Assembly: GCF_001194135.2 (NCBI RefSeq)
Contig: NC_068990.1
Coordinates: forward strand, 84,930,000 to 84,993,999
Direction of reading: 5' to 3'
Origin: Octopus bimaculoides
Taxonomy: Eukaryota
DNA: 64,000 nucleotides
Made by a program: the position numbers and the translations under genes. Under the pieces are notes generated by a model. It made no database searches, was not told where the DNA came from, and saw only the letters and a list, made by a program, of their open reading frames with translations. Below are positions 29,701 to 44,285 of this stretch, piece by piece (position 1 is the first letter of the stretch; the number at the start of each line of letters is the position of its first letter).

Positions 29701-31244
29701 GCTCATGGGAGTCGTTTTGTTAATATATTTCTGTTAAAATACTCTTCCTTTGTTCCTTTGTGTCTCTTCATTTTGAAAATAATGAAGAATTTAGGAAAAT
29801 AACTTTGTCATTGTTAATCTGGTGTTTGGAACTTGAATTAACATGAAATTTTGATGGAAGATTCTAATTTAGATCACCTTAAGCAGAAAAATTGTATCAT
29901 AGAACTACGAGCAGTCTTAGGCAGGTGATATCAAAAAGGTTAATAAATACGAATGAAATTGAGATCTTAAAACCAAGGTGCCATGTAAAAAGTATTAGAA
30001 TGGTTGCTAGTGCCTTGTAAGAAGCACTGGTGATGGAGCCATGTAAAAAACAGCCAGTACACTCTGAAAAGTGGTTGGCATTAGGAAGGGCATCCAGCCA
30101 TAGAGACGAAACCAAAACAGACTGTGGAACCTGTTGTGGCCCCCAGGCCTTTCCAGTCCCTGCCAAGCCACCTGACCCATATCAGCATGGAAAATGGACA
30201 TTAAATGTTGATGATGATGAGATGAAGATTCAATAAGTGAGAAGTGTCAACTACTTCAGCTATCCACGAAATAACGTAATTACTTTTTTAGTGTTGTGTT
30301 TTCTAATGAGTTGAGCCGCTTTCTTTGTGAAGAGATGAGTTGAATATATTCGCTTATTCTTGTAACTGAAGTCGGGTGTCGTATTATTCCAAAGATCATA
30401 TCCACAGTAACCCAGGAAACAGCGCCGATGTGTGTAATGGTTGCCACTGCCAGTGAGGAGACCTTGAGATAAATAAATAAATAAATAAATAAACATGTAA
30501 TCATTCATTGAATATATTGATAGATCAATAGATAATAATCAATTTCAGTGAAGCCATGACTACTTGTCATAGAACTCCGTTACTTTAGGCTGATCGTCAA
30601 TAACCTCCATTGACTGTCTGGGGTTGTCGTTGGTATATTCTAAACCCATTGGACAAACTTGGTTGTCCTGACATCGACATCTGGACGCACGTTGAGAATG
30701 CTTCTTTCTCTTAGAATGTCTTAGAATGTCTAAGAAAGGCGGCGAGCTGGCAGAAACGTTAGCACACCGGGCGAAATATTCAGCGGTATTTCGTCTGCCG
30801 CTACGTTCTGAGTTCAAATTCCGCCGAGGTCGACTTTGCCTGTCATCCTTTCGGGGTCGATATAATCGACTTAATCCGTTTGTCTGTCCTTGTTTGTCCC
30901 CTCTGTGTGTAGCCCCTTGTGGGCAGTAAAGAAATAAGAATGTCATTCCTCTTCTGGGAGCCTCCAGCTCTTTCCCGACCCTGAGCACGAAATACCTTGC
31001 AACTTACGAGAAGCCTTGAGCCACTGTGATTGGTGGCTTCAATCAATAAACACAAAGTGCCTTCCTGCTGCTTCTTGTGTCAAATTGGAATCTGCCGTAT
31101 GGATGCTGCGTTGCATTGAGAATGAGCCGAAATTTGGCACATGTCACGTGATATTACTTTTCGTTATCTTCCACGCATGGCTCACTAAAACTGTGTTTAG
31201 AAACACCCAGTTACCTAGCGCACTCTGTAATAAGAAACATTCGT

Positions 31245-31291
<47 letters not shown>

Positions 31292-31782
31292 CACCATCAA
31301 CATTAAATTAAATTAGATACTTTATAAACATCAATCCAATACAAAAATGCTGTGCACAGAACCGCCTCTCTGTCTTGGATTCATGTTTATTAAGTAGCTA
31401 ATCCAATTTAATATTTAGAATGAAAACCTTTAATTATTTTAGTTTATATACTATTATTATTATTATCATTATTTAGCAGAAGCAACAGAGTGACTCAAGG
31501 GATGAAAGTTTCGTGTGTGTCACTATGTTGGTTATGTTAAATATTAAAAAATATATTTTGAGTTCTATTTTTCTTGTTTGCATCACCAAACCTATATCTT
31601 TATACACATATATATATATCTTTTAAGAGTAAAAGGAAGAGTTAGGAGGATTGGTATGAGGTAGATAACCAAGTGAAGTGGTAGGGGGCTGGTAACTTTA
31701 TAACAGATGTTATCAGAGAGATGCTTACTTCTGTCCATCACACACACACACACACAGAGCTTCACGCGCGCATAACATATCC

Positions 31783-31821
<39 letters not shown>

Positions 31822-34800
31822 NNNNNNNNNNNNNNNNNNNNNNNNNNNNNNNNNNNNNNNNNATATCCCGCATTGCTTTTCTCTTACATACACAGACATA
31901 TATACAGTAACACACACACAAACACTTACAAACTAAAACTGTAGCAGACGATAACTGGAGAAAACATGTACGTCTGTATTTGTACACAAGGTGCGTTCAA
32001 AAAGTATCTGACTTTATTTTTTCTCGCCAAAAATAGTGCCGCGTGGGCAAAATCCTTTGAGTGGATGTGGTGGCACCCTTCCTGCGGATGTTTAAAAATT
32101 TTCGCGCCAGTAGGCCGCCTCAGTTCTCGGCTGTTACACCTAGAATACAGACGTGTATTACGCGCCCATCGGATTTTCGTTTTCATGCAAGATGACCGAA
32201 CGCATCTAGCAGAAATATTGTGTTAAGTTTTGCAAAAAGCTTGGTCACGTTCAAGCCCAGATCATCCAGAAGATTCAGCAGGCCTTTGGCAATGATGCGA
32301 TGGACAAAATTCAGATCAAAGAACGGTACATCCTCGCTTTCCACAGAGGTGCGGGCCATGTTTGAAGCGGATGTACCATGCCACACAGACAGGAGAATCT
32401 AGTCATGGCTGTCAGATAATTCATACGACCACAATACCTCTAACATCTGGCCACATAACTCCCCAAACTGCAACCCCCTTGATTATTATGTGTAGGACGC
32501 AGTTGAGCGAGAGACCAACAAAACTCCTTGTAACACCAAAGATGAACTGAAGGTAAGGATTATGGCAGCATTCACCAACTTCAAAAAAGGAGACTGTCCA
32601 GAAGAGTTGCAGGAAATTCTGAAGTTGTCTGGAGACCTCAGACCGTGATGACCCACTCAACCCATGCCAACATAGAAAGCGGAGTAAAACGAATATGATG
32701 ATGTTGATAATAATGATGATATGAGTGTGTAAAAATAAAAATAAACAAATAGGAAATAACTGAATATATACAAAAATACAGCGTAGTTTCCTGTAGCTGT
32801 TTATGTTTGGTGTTAACGGCGTCATCATTATTTTATATAATTTAAAAGAACTTGCTAATAATTTACCATAAAAAGAATCAAATCCTCTGTTAGTTGGTAG
32901 ATACTTCTGGGCGTAATGGCCTTGATGCCATTTACCAATTAAATGTGTAGTATAACCATTCTCTTTCAGTTTCTCTGCCAACGTAGGACTATCTAATGGT
33001 AAACCAGTCGGTTCCATGGGTTTGATGTTGGTATGTTGAAATCCCATGTGTATCTGGAAAAGCAAAATTAAAAATAAACAACAATTATTCCAAAATGAAG
33101 GATTAAAAGAGAATAAAAAATTGATTTGGTTTTAATTACTTGCACCATCATCATTAGCAATAGTCACATGACCATTAATGTCAACATGACCATTGTTGTC
33201 ACCCGCATTATCATCATCATGACCACCATCACCCGTACCATCATCAACTTCATCATCGCCATCATAATCATCTTTACGATCTTTCTCTTCATCGCTACTA
33301 TCATCGTCTATACACTCTTCATCAGCACTGCTGCTGCTGCTGCTGCTGCTGCTACTACTACTACTGCTGCTGTCAAGACAACAACAACGACGGCAACCGA
33401 TATCATCACCAAAACCACTTCACTTCATCACTATCACTATTCTCCTCTTTCACATTATCTTCATCTCTAAGACAAATACCAGCACAATTATGATCATCAC
33501 CACCAGCCCCCACAATGGTCACAGCCATGTTTTCATCAGAACCTGCATCACCACCGTCATTTTTTTATTATAATCATCACCATCACCATCACCATTGCAG
33601 GGCTTTCTGGTTGTGATGGTGGAAAAAGGACCGATGATAGATGTCTGAGTGTTAATGATCACGGTGGAGCCCGTAGGCCAAGCAATGATGTACCTACGGC
33701 CTCCATCATGGTTATAAACGATAGGACCTCCACTGTCGGTCCTTCCACCATCAAAATCCGAGAGCTCAGCAAAGTTTTGACCTATCTATACACATAAGTA
33801 CATACATATGGAGTTAATGGTTTGGGTACAAGCCCAGTCCCATTTCCAAATAAATCCCCTACACGCATACCAACGCTGCTCTCATATTAGTCCCTTAAAC
33901 CACTCTCTTACACACACACACCACGTTTTTGTTAACATAATTATCCCAGGTCTTTTTTGTGGGGTGAGGACAACTCTTGATGGATAGTTGTAAAGCATTA
34001 GCTATATAAGTACGTGTGTGTGTGTGCGTGAGTGAGTGAGTGAGTGAGTGAGTGAGTGATAGAGTGTTTCTGTGTGTAAATGTAAAATGAAACAGAAAAA
34101 TGTATTGTAATTTGCTTGAAGCATTGTGATGTGTATAAGTGATATGTTTGAAAAACAAACTTTGAGCAATGCAGATGAGGAATTAAACAAAAGATGCAGA
34201 GTGATGTGAAGAAATGAATTGTATTAGCTTACATAAGCTGTTAAAATATTCTATAATATTTCGAGAAAGACTCCCCTTTTCAAATATAAGGAAGAAAGTA
34301 ATCAAAGAGTTCTGGAAATGGATTGATACCGGTAGGCCATTATGGTGTCTTGCGCCATATTTCTCCGATCCCTTTATTTTGTTTCTTCTATTTGAAAAGG
34401 AGAATCTTTCTCAAAATATTTAGGATAATTAAATAACTTAAGCAAGGTAATACAATATCCTTTCTCTTCGTTTTCATCTATTAATGTAACTTCACAAATT
34501 TTCTCACCTGCATTGCTCAGTTTTTCTTTTAAATATTTATATAATTTAAATATGGAAATGTATCTTCATGCAAATATCTCATGTTAAGAAACAGTGAGAT
34601 AACTATTGGATTTTAACATTCAGTTAATAATATATAATGAATAGTGGAGCGCCTTGTTATTTTCAGCAGAAGTAACAGTTTGTGCTTGTAAAATGAAATT
34701 TATTCAGAGATTTTATTAACTATATTTCCGTTATGCAATAAAATAGCTCATTTGTCTGATATGCAAACATTACAACGATTAGTGATTTGGTTAAAGGTTT

Positions 34801-35155
34801 TTAAGCGATCTACACACTTCCCATTTGGAGTCGAAATGTGTATGGTTATTTAAAGTACTGCCAAAAATATAAACTGTATTAAGGTTAGTGTTACACATAA
34901 ATTAACGAGATTTTTTAAAATAAATCTGGCAGTTTGTTGGGTCATATTTCGAAGGATTATAAGACCATCATTATATTATAGCCCACCCTGTAAAAATACA
35001 CATAAACGCATGCAGGCACACGCACACATGCATACTTACGTATGGGTTTATGTATATGCATTTATCTAGACACACGAGCATTTATATATATTGCACAAAC
35101 AAGTATATACATATAAACACAAACACACATATGCATATACATAAATATATATGTA

Positions 35156-35219
<64 letters not shown>

Positions 35220-38102
35220 GGGTGTGCGCTTGTGCATGTCATATATTTTCTTTTTCTGAAAAGTTCCAGATACTGAAGCGGGAGGGGTGGGCTATGATAC
35301 AACACGAACGAACATAATGAAAGATTTAGAAAAAAATCTCAGTAATCTATTAGTACACTAGCCTTAATATAGTTAATTTTCTCGGTTACATTAAACGTCT
35401 ATGCTAGCCAATATATTCTTATTGGAAACCAAATGAAATACTACAATATTTCTACAAAAATTCATTCCACCAGTCTGCTATTAAAAAAAAAAAAAAAAAA
35501 TAAACATCCAAAATCATTACCCTTCACTATCAAGTGTGACATATGTTGAAAATCTATTGAATAATGGGGAAAATTTCTGCAACAGCCTGTTTTCAGGGAG
35601 TTTTCGTAATTGCCGAGATATACGGGGTGCGGTGAATAAGTTGCCTAAATTACGCAAAAATGAAAATAACTCTGACATCTCATTTTAACAGATATAGTTA
35701 CCAAAATTACATAAAAATATCTCGAAATATCAAAGAGTAAATTTATTCAATAAAATCGCCATTGGCTTCAAACACGGTCTCGAGACGACTTCGGAATCTC
35801 CTGCAACTCTTCTGGATAGTCTCCTTTTTTTTAAAGTTGGTGAATGCTGTCATAATCCTTGCCTTCAGTTCATCTTTGGTGTTGCAAGGAGTTTTGTTGG
35901 TCTCTCGCTCAACTGTGTCCTACCGTACCAGTGATTGTAGGATCTCTAGGAATGATAAAAAAAGGTACTGAAACCTATTTGAAAATGATACCAGGTTTAC
36001 CATCCTTACAGGAAGTGCAAAAAATCGTGTTAACTGGAACGACTCATGTACTGAGAAGAGCATTATCGCTGTGAAAACAACATCCATTCATTAATTTTTA
36101 TTTATTTATTAATTCCTTTTTTTAAATACCTGTGAACTTGCGTGTGTAAACTGGGAATGCATACAATGAGTTTCTCTACCCTAGGTCTACGGAAAACACT
36201 CGGCGAGAAATGGAAGAAAATTTGAAGAAAGAAGAAAAAACAACAACATAATGTTGATGATGATGATGATGATGGTGATGACGACGATGATGATGTGAGG
36301 AACATGTCTGAGCTTTTTATCCAATTTCCTTTTTAATGAATCAAAACCATTATTCTCCTTTTCGTCTTATATGATTCTATGGCGTAGTATCTTCTGCTAT
36401 GGCTACCCAGGTGGACCAACTCCAGTTAAGAAATGAAATAGGAAATGTAGCGGAACTTCCCAGATTAAATTACAAATATTTCACGCTTATTCGTCTTGTC
36501 ATTTTGGTTTCTTTCCGTGGTTTTTATTTTTTGCTTTTATGTATTTATTTCTGCATTTATTTATCATTTATTTATAATTTAATCACTTGCCTTATGTACT
36601 ATGTTTATTATTATTTTTAAAAATTTATTTAGTCGATTATATTCATTTTTTTCTATTTTTTTGTATTCATGTGTTTGTTTTTTTTTTATGTTTGTCTCCA
36701 CTTCCGTTACCGCCGGGCTGTCATTTTACATTAACATCTGCACACACACACACACACACACACACACGTACATGCACGCACGCGTGTATATACACAAGCC
36801 ATTCACATTAAAAATTAAAAAAATAAACGCACATAGATGCAGAATTATATATCTATACATAAAGTCACACAAGCACAGATACACACTTACAAATTCACAT
36901 TTATGAATACACACGCACACCATTTACATGCACAAACATAAACACGCAAACATGTTGAAACATATCAATGCATACATACACAATCCACATAAACACAGCC
37001 TCCCCCCACACACAACCACATGCTATTCACAGTTGGCGTAGCTCTTAGGGGAACAACGGGAGAAACCGTTCTTTCTGAGCACATTTTTCAAAACTGGCGC
37101 CTTTTCAACGATTTTAAAAAAACTCATTTGTTCATAAAAGTCGATTTTTTTTTTATCTCTGTTAATCTCATGACTTTGGAAAAACTTTTTGGAGTCATTG
37201 CTTTATTTGACCCAGCTTCCGTTTTCTTTTTTTTTTAACTGTCTGCTCAATCTCCTGTGATGTGTCAGTGACTGTTGACATCTGAAAAACCAACACAAGC
37301 CCTGATGTCGTAACCTCTCAACATTATACGATCCCGTGGAGTTTCATCTTTGTTATGTTACACCTATGTCAGTAGTTGAAAGTTTCATACGAAATGATAT
37401 TGTTACTGAAACCCGAACTCAGGTGGAAAGGTCAGACTACCCTCTTTGTTGGACCCCCCCCCNNNNNNNNNNNNNNNNNNNNNNNNNNNNNNNNNNNNNN
37501 NNNNNNNNNNNNNNNNNNNNNNNNNNNNNNNNNNNNNNNNNNNNNNNNNNNNNNNNNNNNNNNNNNNNNNNNNNNNNNNNNNNNNNNNNNNNNNNNNNNN
37601 NNNNNNNNNNNNNNNNNNNNNNNNNNNNNNNNNNNNNNNNNNNNNNNNNNNNNNNNNNNNNNNNNNNNNNNNNNNNNNNNNNNNNNNNNNNNNNNNNNNN
37701 NNNNNNNNNNNNNNNNNNNNNNNNNNNNNNNNNNNNNNNNNNNNNNNNNNNNNNNNNNNNNNNNNNNNNNNNNNNNNNNNNNNNNNNNNNNNNNNNNNNN
37801 NNNNNNNNNNNNNNNNNNNNNNNNNNNNNNNNNNNNNNNNNNNNNNNNNNNNNNNNNNNNNNNNNNNNNNNNNNNNNNNNNNNNNNNNNNNNNNNNNNNN
37901 NNNNNNNNNNNNNNNNNNNNNNNNNNNNNNNNNNNNNNNNNNNNNNNNNNNNNNNNNNNNNNNNNNNNNNNNNNNNNNNNNNNNNNNNNNNNNNNNNNNN
38001 NNNNNNNNNNNNNNNNNNNNNNNNNNNNNNNNNNNNNNNNNNNNNNNNNNNNNNNNNNNNNNNNNNNNNNNNNNNNNNNNNNNNNNNNNNNNNNNNNNNN
38101 NN

Positions 38103-38162
<60 letters not shown>

Positions 38163-41100
38163 GTATGAATGAATTCAAGACAGGATAGCGTGAGTTTACA
38201 ATGTACTGGAAGAAAAAATAGCATGTGTATATGTATGCGGAAATGGATATGTGTGTTTGCATGTATGCATGCATGTGTGTTGGAGGGTCACCGAGTACAT
38301 TTCCGTACTTCTGAATCAGCTCAAAGACATGAATAATAACGAGGTCAAAATTGGTGACAACTATGTGTGTGTGTGTGTGTGTGTGTATTTCTGTAACGTT
38401 TCTGTAACGCAAAATATAGGTTTTAAATTTTGGCACAAGGCCAGCAATTTTGGGTGAGAGGGTAAGTCGATTACATCTACCCCAGCGCTCAACTGGTACC
38501 TACTTTATCGACTGTGAAAGGATAAAAGGTAATGTCGACCCTGGGCGGCATTTGAATTCAGAACGTAAAAATGGACGAAATGCCGCTTAGCATTCTCCTT
38601 GGCGTCCTAACGCTGCCTAAAACATTTCCTAAGCTTATGGCAAAAGAAGAAGAAAAGAAAAATAAAACCCCAAAAAACAAACGAAAACGATTGAAAAAAT
38701 TTCTCTCTCACCTCTTTCAGTCTCACCTTCCTAATATATATATTCTACTTGTTTCAGTCATTTGACTGCGGCTATGCTGGAGCACCGTCTTTAGTCGAGC
38801 AAATCGACCTCAGAACTTATTCTTTGTAAGCCTAGTACTTATTCTATCGGTCTCTTTTGCTGAACCGCTAAGTTACGGGGACGTAAATACACCAACATCA
38901 GTTGTCAAGCGATGATTTGGGGGGGGGGGGGCAAACACAGATACATAAACACACACACCCAGAGTAAAGATTTTCCTGCACAGTTAAAGATTTTCCTAGC
39001 CTTTCGTACAGGACACGTGCAAAAAGAAAACCTAATTGACAGTAACGTGAATGAAATAGAGTTTAATAATCTTTTCCACCAATCGAAGAAGGTACGCTGC
39101 ACCACTTCAGTACATAAAGGTGTTTCACTCTTGACCATCCCATGGTATAAACATGTCTTTTACTAGCAAAGCCGGGTACATAGAATGTCTTCAGATATCA
39201 TTACAATAAAAAAATTCATTGTATCCTCATTTCCTTTATTGTGTTAATGCGTGAATGCAATTGAAGTAATTTCTGCCTCAAAACCCCATTAATTCCTCCC
39301 AATAAGAAGCTACCCATTCCAAGTCGCTCAGTACATTCGCAGAAAACAGCAGTTAAGTTACACCATTAATAATATCTTTTTTTCACTCGTATCATCATAA
39401 TTATTAATTAAATTCTAAATATGGAATCTTTCAATTCCATTTTGAAGAATTTCGATTTCTTTCTTTTAAGCAGATAATTTCGTCTTTCAAGGCAACTCTT
39501 TTCTGTTTTATTAGTTTTTTGTTTTCATTCTCAAAACTGACTCTATTAACATCAACTTTTTTCTTTCGATTAAGTATTCTTCTTCAGTCGAGTCACTTCT
39601 AATTAATTCTTTCCACTTCTATAAATATTTCCTTCAATGTTCAAAACAGTGACTTAGGAAAAAAAAAAAAAAATTTTAAAAAGCACCAATCTTTTCAGGT
39701 TCTTTTCTTTGAGACTGTTTTTAGACATAAAATATATCATAGAATAGCAGTGTTTCTAAATACGGTTCCACCCCATAACGAAAAATTTATATTGTGAAAA
39801 ATTTTCTTTCTCTGATCAAGAAAAAGTCACAGCAACGGGTGTACTCGGAAAAGGAAAAAAGGAGAGTTCTGACAAAAGAATGAAGATATAGAAATTTTGA
39901 AACATCATTTGGTAGATTCGTAATTTCCGATGAAGGTTGCTGCTCCGATACCCTAATGTATATATATATATATATATATATGCTTTCAGTGCGAATGGTT
40001 TTGTTATACGGCGCCTTTTTTTACAATCCTGTAAATAATAATGGTATTTATATATACGCTCAAAGCTTATGGCGATCACCGTGCAATGACTAAGGAAAAT
40101 AGTCTAATAAACAGCACTATGCCTGAATTAATATTAAAATTATTTAAGCTGGCAGAATCGTTAGCACGCCGGGCGAAATGCTGAGAGGTATTTCGTCTGT
40201 CTTTACGTTCAAATTCCGCCGAGGTCGATTTTGCCTTTCGGGCTCGATAAATTAAGTACCAGTTGCGTACTTGGGTAGATCTAATCGACTGCCCCACCCC
40301 TCCCCCCAAATTTAGGGCCTTTTGCCTAGGGTAGAAAAGAATATTTGAATTATTTAAAAATTGTTTTTTTTTTAAAATATATATAAAAGAAGTTAGAAAG
40401 CTTTTAATCTATGAGGAGCAGTTTAGTTGTTTATATTTAGCTACTCATCTACTGAATAGCATTGATGCAGGCTTGTCAGCCTTCACGAGCTTTTTACGCA
40501 TTCATGCATTTCATCGAAAACTCTCACATTTTAGAAATTCTCGGTCATAATTTAACGTGTTCCACCTTTCACTTTGTGAATTGCTGCCGGCAGCATTCCA
40601 CGATCTCTGATTCAGGCTATTCTTTGGCTTGCCTTTCCAAATTCTGAATTTGAATCCCACTAATATTGACCTTGCTGTCAACTGTTTCTTCTCCACAAAT
40701 TCAAGGCCGCATGTTTATGTTAGAGACCATTGTTATATATTTATGTATTTCCGGGTACGAGGGTTGAGGTCGATAAAATAAGTACCAGAATCTGAGTGAA
40801 CGCGTAGTGATCTGTGTCGGTAAAGATGATACAGTGAAGTCTGTGAGTTTGGATATTTTGTATGCTGTGACGAGAAGAAACCCAAGCTTTCCGGGCTGTC
40901 TCTCCCTTTTTATCCAGCCTTACATTTGGAAAGATATTTTCTCAAATTCAGACGAAGGAACAACTTCGAAATATCAAATTTCTCTTTCCCCAACGGCATA
41001 CAAATTAATCAAAAGTCGCCATCTTTAAAATATCATTCAGATATCTACAGAGCCAATCTCATACAATGCAGTATCAAATCTCCTTTAGTAAATTCCACAA

Positions 41101-41852
41101 AATATTTTGCAATTATATAGTTCATCGTATTTTAAAAGAAAATGCAAACAAAATGAAATAACTATCAAAGACTATATACGAAATTTCGTTCACTTATAAC
41201 AGCGACGGTAAAGGATCATTTACAGTATAAATATTAAAGTATTTGTGTCATCTTCGTTGTTGACTTTATCAATATTTTCAAATCATTATAAAAGTATCTA
41301 GGGCGTAATGAAGGTGTGTGACCTAGTGGTTAGAAGTGTTCGACTCACGATCCTAAGATTGTGGGTTCAGTTCCTAGACTGGGCGTTAAATTGTGTCTTT
41401 AAACATGAATTTTTCAAGTTGTTATAGACCTATTTAACTAAAATTGAGTACCAACCCGGTGGTTTGTGCAGCCCTATCGCCTTCCAGCTGCCACATCCTA
41501 GATGTTCTGCTGTGTCAAGGGTTGAGAGGCCGAGAGTGTCTCTGCTCGCCATTACATCAGGTAAAATTTTAAATGGATAAGATTTTAAATATCGACCTGG
41601 ACATAACCAACATTAGTCGGACTAGTTCTATTGAGGTTTAAAATCATATCTGTTTGAAATTTTGCCTGATGATGGTGGATTATATATTACGATGTAATCT
41701 TTTATGGCTGCGTTAAATAAAATTCTACCGAGACAACTGTCGCAAATTTTAAACGTCATTTATGTTTAATGTTTATTCCTGTGCTACACCAAGTACCTAC
41801 CCCTAAGTTGGATATATAGTTGTAAGTTGGATTTGGTAGTTGCATATCTACG

Positions 41853-41891
<39 letters not shown>

Positions 41892-42082
41892 TACATACAT
41901 ATATTTATTATGTACATATGCGCAGGAGTGGCTGTGTGGTAAGTAGCTTGCTTACCAACCACATGGTTCTGGGTTCAGTCCCACTGTGTGGCACCTTGGG
42001 CAAGTGTCTTCTACTATAGCCTCGGGCCGACCAAAGCCTTGTGAGTGGATTTGGTAGACGGAAACTGAAAGAAGCCCGTCGT

Positions 42083-42144
<62 letters not shown>

Positions 42145-42746
42145 GTGTGTGTGTTTGTCCCCCTACCATCGCTTGACAACCGATGCTGGTGTGTTTACGT
42201 CCCCGTAACTTAGCGGTTCGGCAAAACAGACCGATAGAAGAAGTACTAGACTTACAAAGAATAAGTCCTGGGGTCGATTTGTTCGACTAAAGGCGGTGCT
42301 CCAGCATGGCAGCAGTCAAAATGACTGAAACAAGTGAAAGAGTAAAAGAGTATATGTATCTGCATATTGGCGTGTATCTGCTAACTCAAAACACAATCAC
42401 TAACCTTCAAACCTCAAGTGATTAATTTGTCTTATGCCCTAAATATTTACCATCAACTATCAAGACATTTTCAACAACACATACATGAATAGCTCCCACC
42501 CCTCCACAACCTCACTAATTCTCCAGAATTTTCCAGATTCCTAAATGCAACATTTTTGCCCAAACACTGATGAAAACGAAGCAGATATTTAATTGCCAAA
42601 ACCCTCGGGAAAGTGAAGGAAATGTAGAATTTTATGACAATACAATTTATAATGTGTATGCATGTAATTATATATGCATGTGTGTGTGTGTATATATAAA
42701 TATATATACATATATATATGAGAAAGGGAGAGGGAGAAAGATAGAT

Positions 42747-42815
<69 letters not shown>

Positions 42816-44241
42816 GAGGCGCGGGGGAGCGGAGGCAAAAAATGCATTGTGGCATTTTTATGTTTAGTGTTCAAATTACACCAAGGAAGTTTTGCGTTCG
42901 TTCTTCCAAGGTTCAACAAGAGAAAAATATCAGCGCACATCAAGTATATGGGTCATTTTAATCGTCTACAATTCAGGAGCTGGATCCCCCAAAGCAGCCT
43001 GATATGTATTCAAATTCGATACACCTCGCATTAAGACATGTTTGTCCTTGGGCAATATCGGCGCAATGGAGAAAGAAGATCTGCTCAGACCTGTACCCAG
43101 GCGAGGACATTGCAGTCTCTACCAACACACACACACGCACGAATGTGTGTGTGCCTGTTTGTTTATATGTATTTATATATATATATATATAGATACCATT
43201 TAACAAGATACCATTTAGATACCATTTAACAATGCGCTGCCTTGTATTATAGTCAACCGTTCGTCATGCACGTTCGCCTCTGAAATGCAATAAAGTTGAG
43301 ACTCTGCAATTCAAACTTTCCAACAAAATAATGAAATTGGTGTGATATTGGCATGCATAATATTATGGGACATTTGAGCGAAAACCAACACAAGCGTTGG
43401 TTCTACTACAGTAAATTTTGATTCGGTCGCATGGTAAGCCATTTAACGTAAATCTTTGATCAATTTTATGTTGTCTCATGCACTTTGCACCATGATCTCG
43501 AGAATAAGCCCCATGCATGTGAATTTAATGCAGCAACTTTGCGAGTGCCATCCGGATATGACGGCATCATAGGTGCGCAGCAAATGTTTGTTAACGTAAT
43601 TATTAACGTTTAAAAACAAAAAAAAAAAAATGGAATTCGATATTTTATTGAAATAAAAAGCTAAATAATTCTGCTGAAGTCAGAAAGAAATTTAATTTTT
43701 GCATTGCTTAACCATTTTCACATGGAATTCACGATGTGTGTATGTATAAGTTAATCGTAACCTTGACACTTGGAAATATTAAGCTGTTCATTTTTTCTTT
43801 AAAACTCGTTAAATAATAAATGAAAGTGTTGGATTACGCCGACTTTCTGATAAAATTAACGTCCAGCCGAGCTGTTAATATAAGCTGACCTATTTCACTC
43901 CCAGTTATTCTATTTATTACAGTTGTGAACCATTTTATAAACTGTAATAATTGTTTAATATAATCTTTCTATTTATTTATTTATTTATTTATTTCCCTTC
44001 ACTTTCCTAACATTTTCTTGCATCTGTTATAGTGTGGTTGTGTATGTATATACGTATCATAATCATATGACTGTATGTATCTGCGCATGTATAATTTTCA
44101 TTGTGGCAATGGGGTTCTGTGTGCGCCTTTTCACACTCTGTGCGTATCAGTGCGAGTTCTGTTGTAGTCGTTCATTTAGCGGGAGTTAACTTTCGACTTC
44201 GTTACACCAAACCACCGAATATATATACATATATCAACGCG

Positions 44242-44285
<44 letters not shown>

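Noticed and set aside
33126-33470. 114-aa I/T/A-rich ORF
   Set aside because: Translation of (CAT)n, (CTG)n and (ACA)n microsatellites.
37336-38436. Long ORFs across N runs (also at 17.1-17.7, 46.6-47.5, 57.5-58.1 and 61.9-63.2 kb)
   Set aside because: Open only because N codons cannot be stops.
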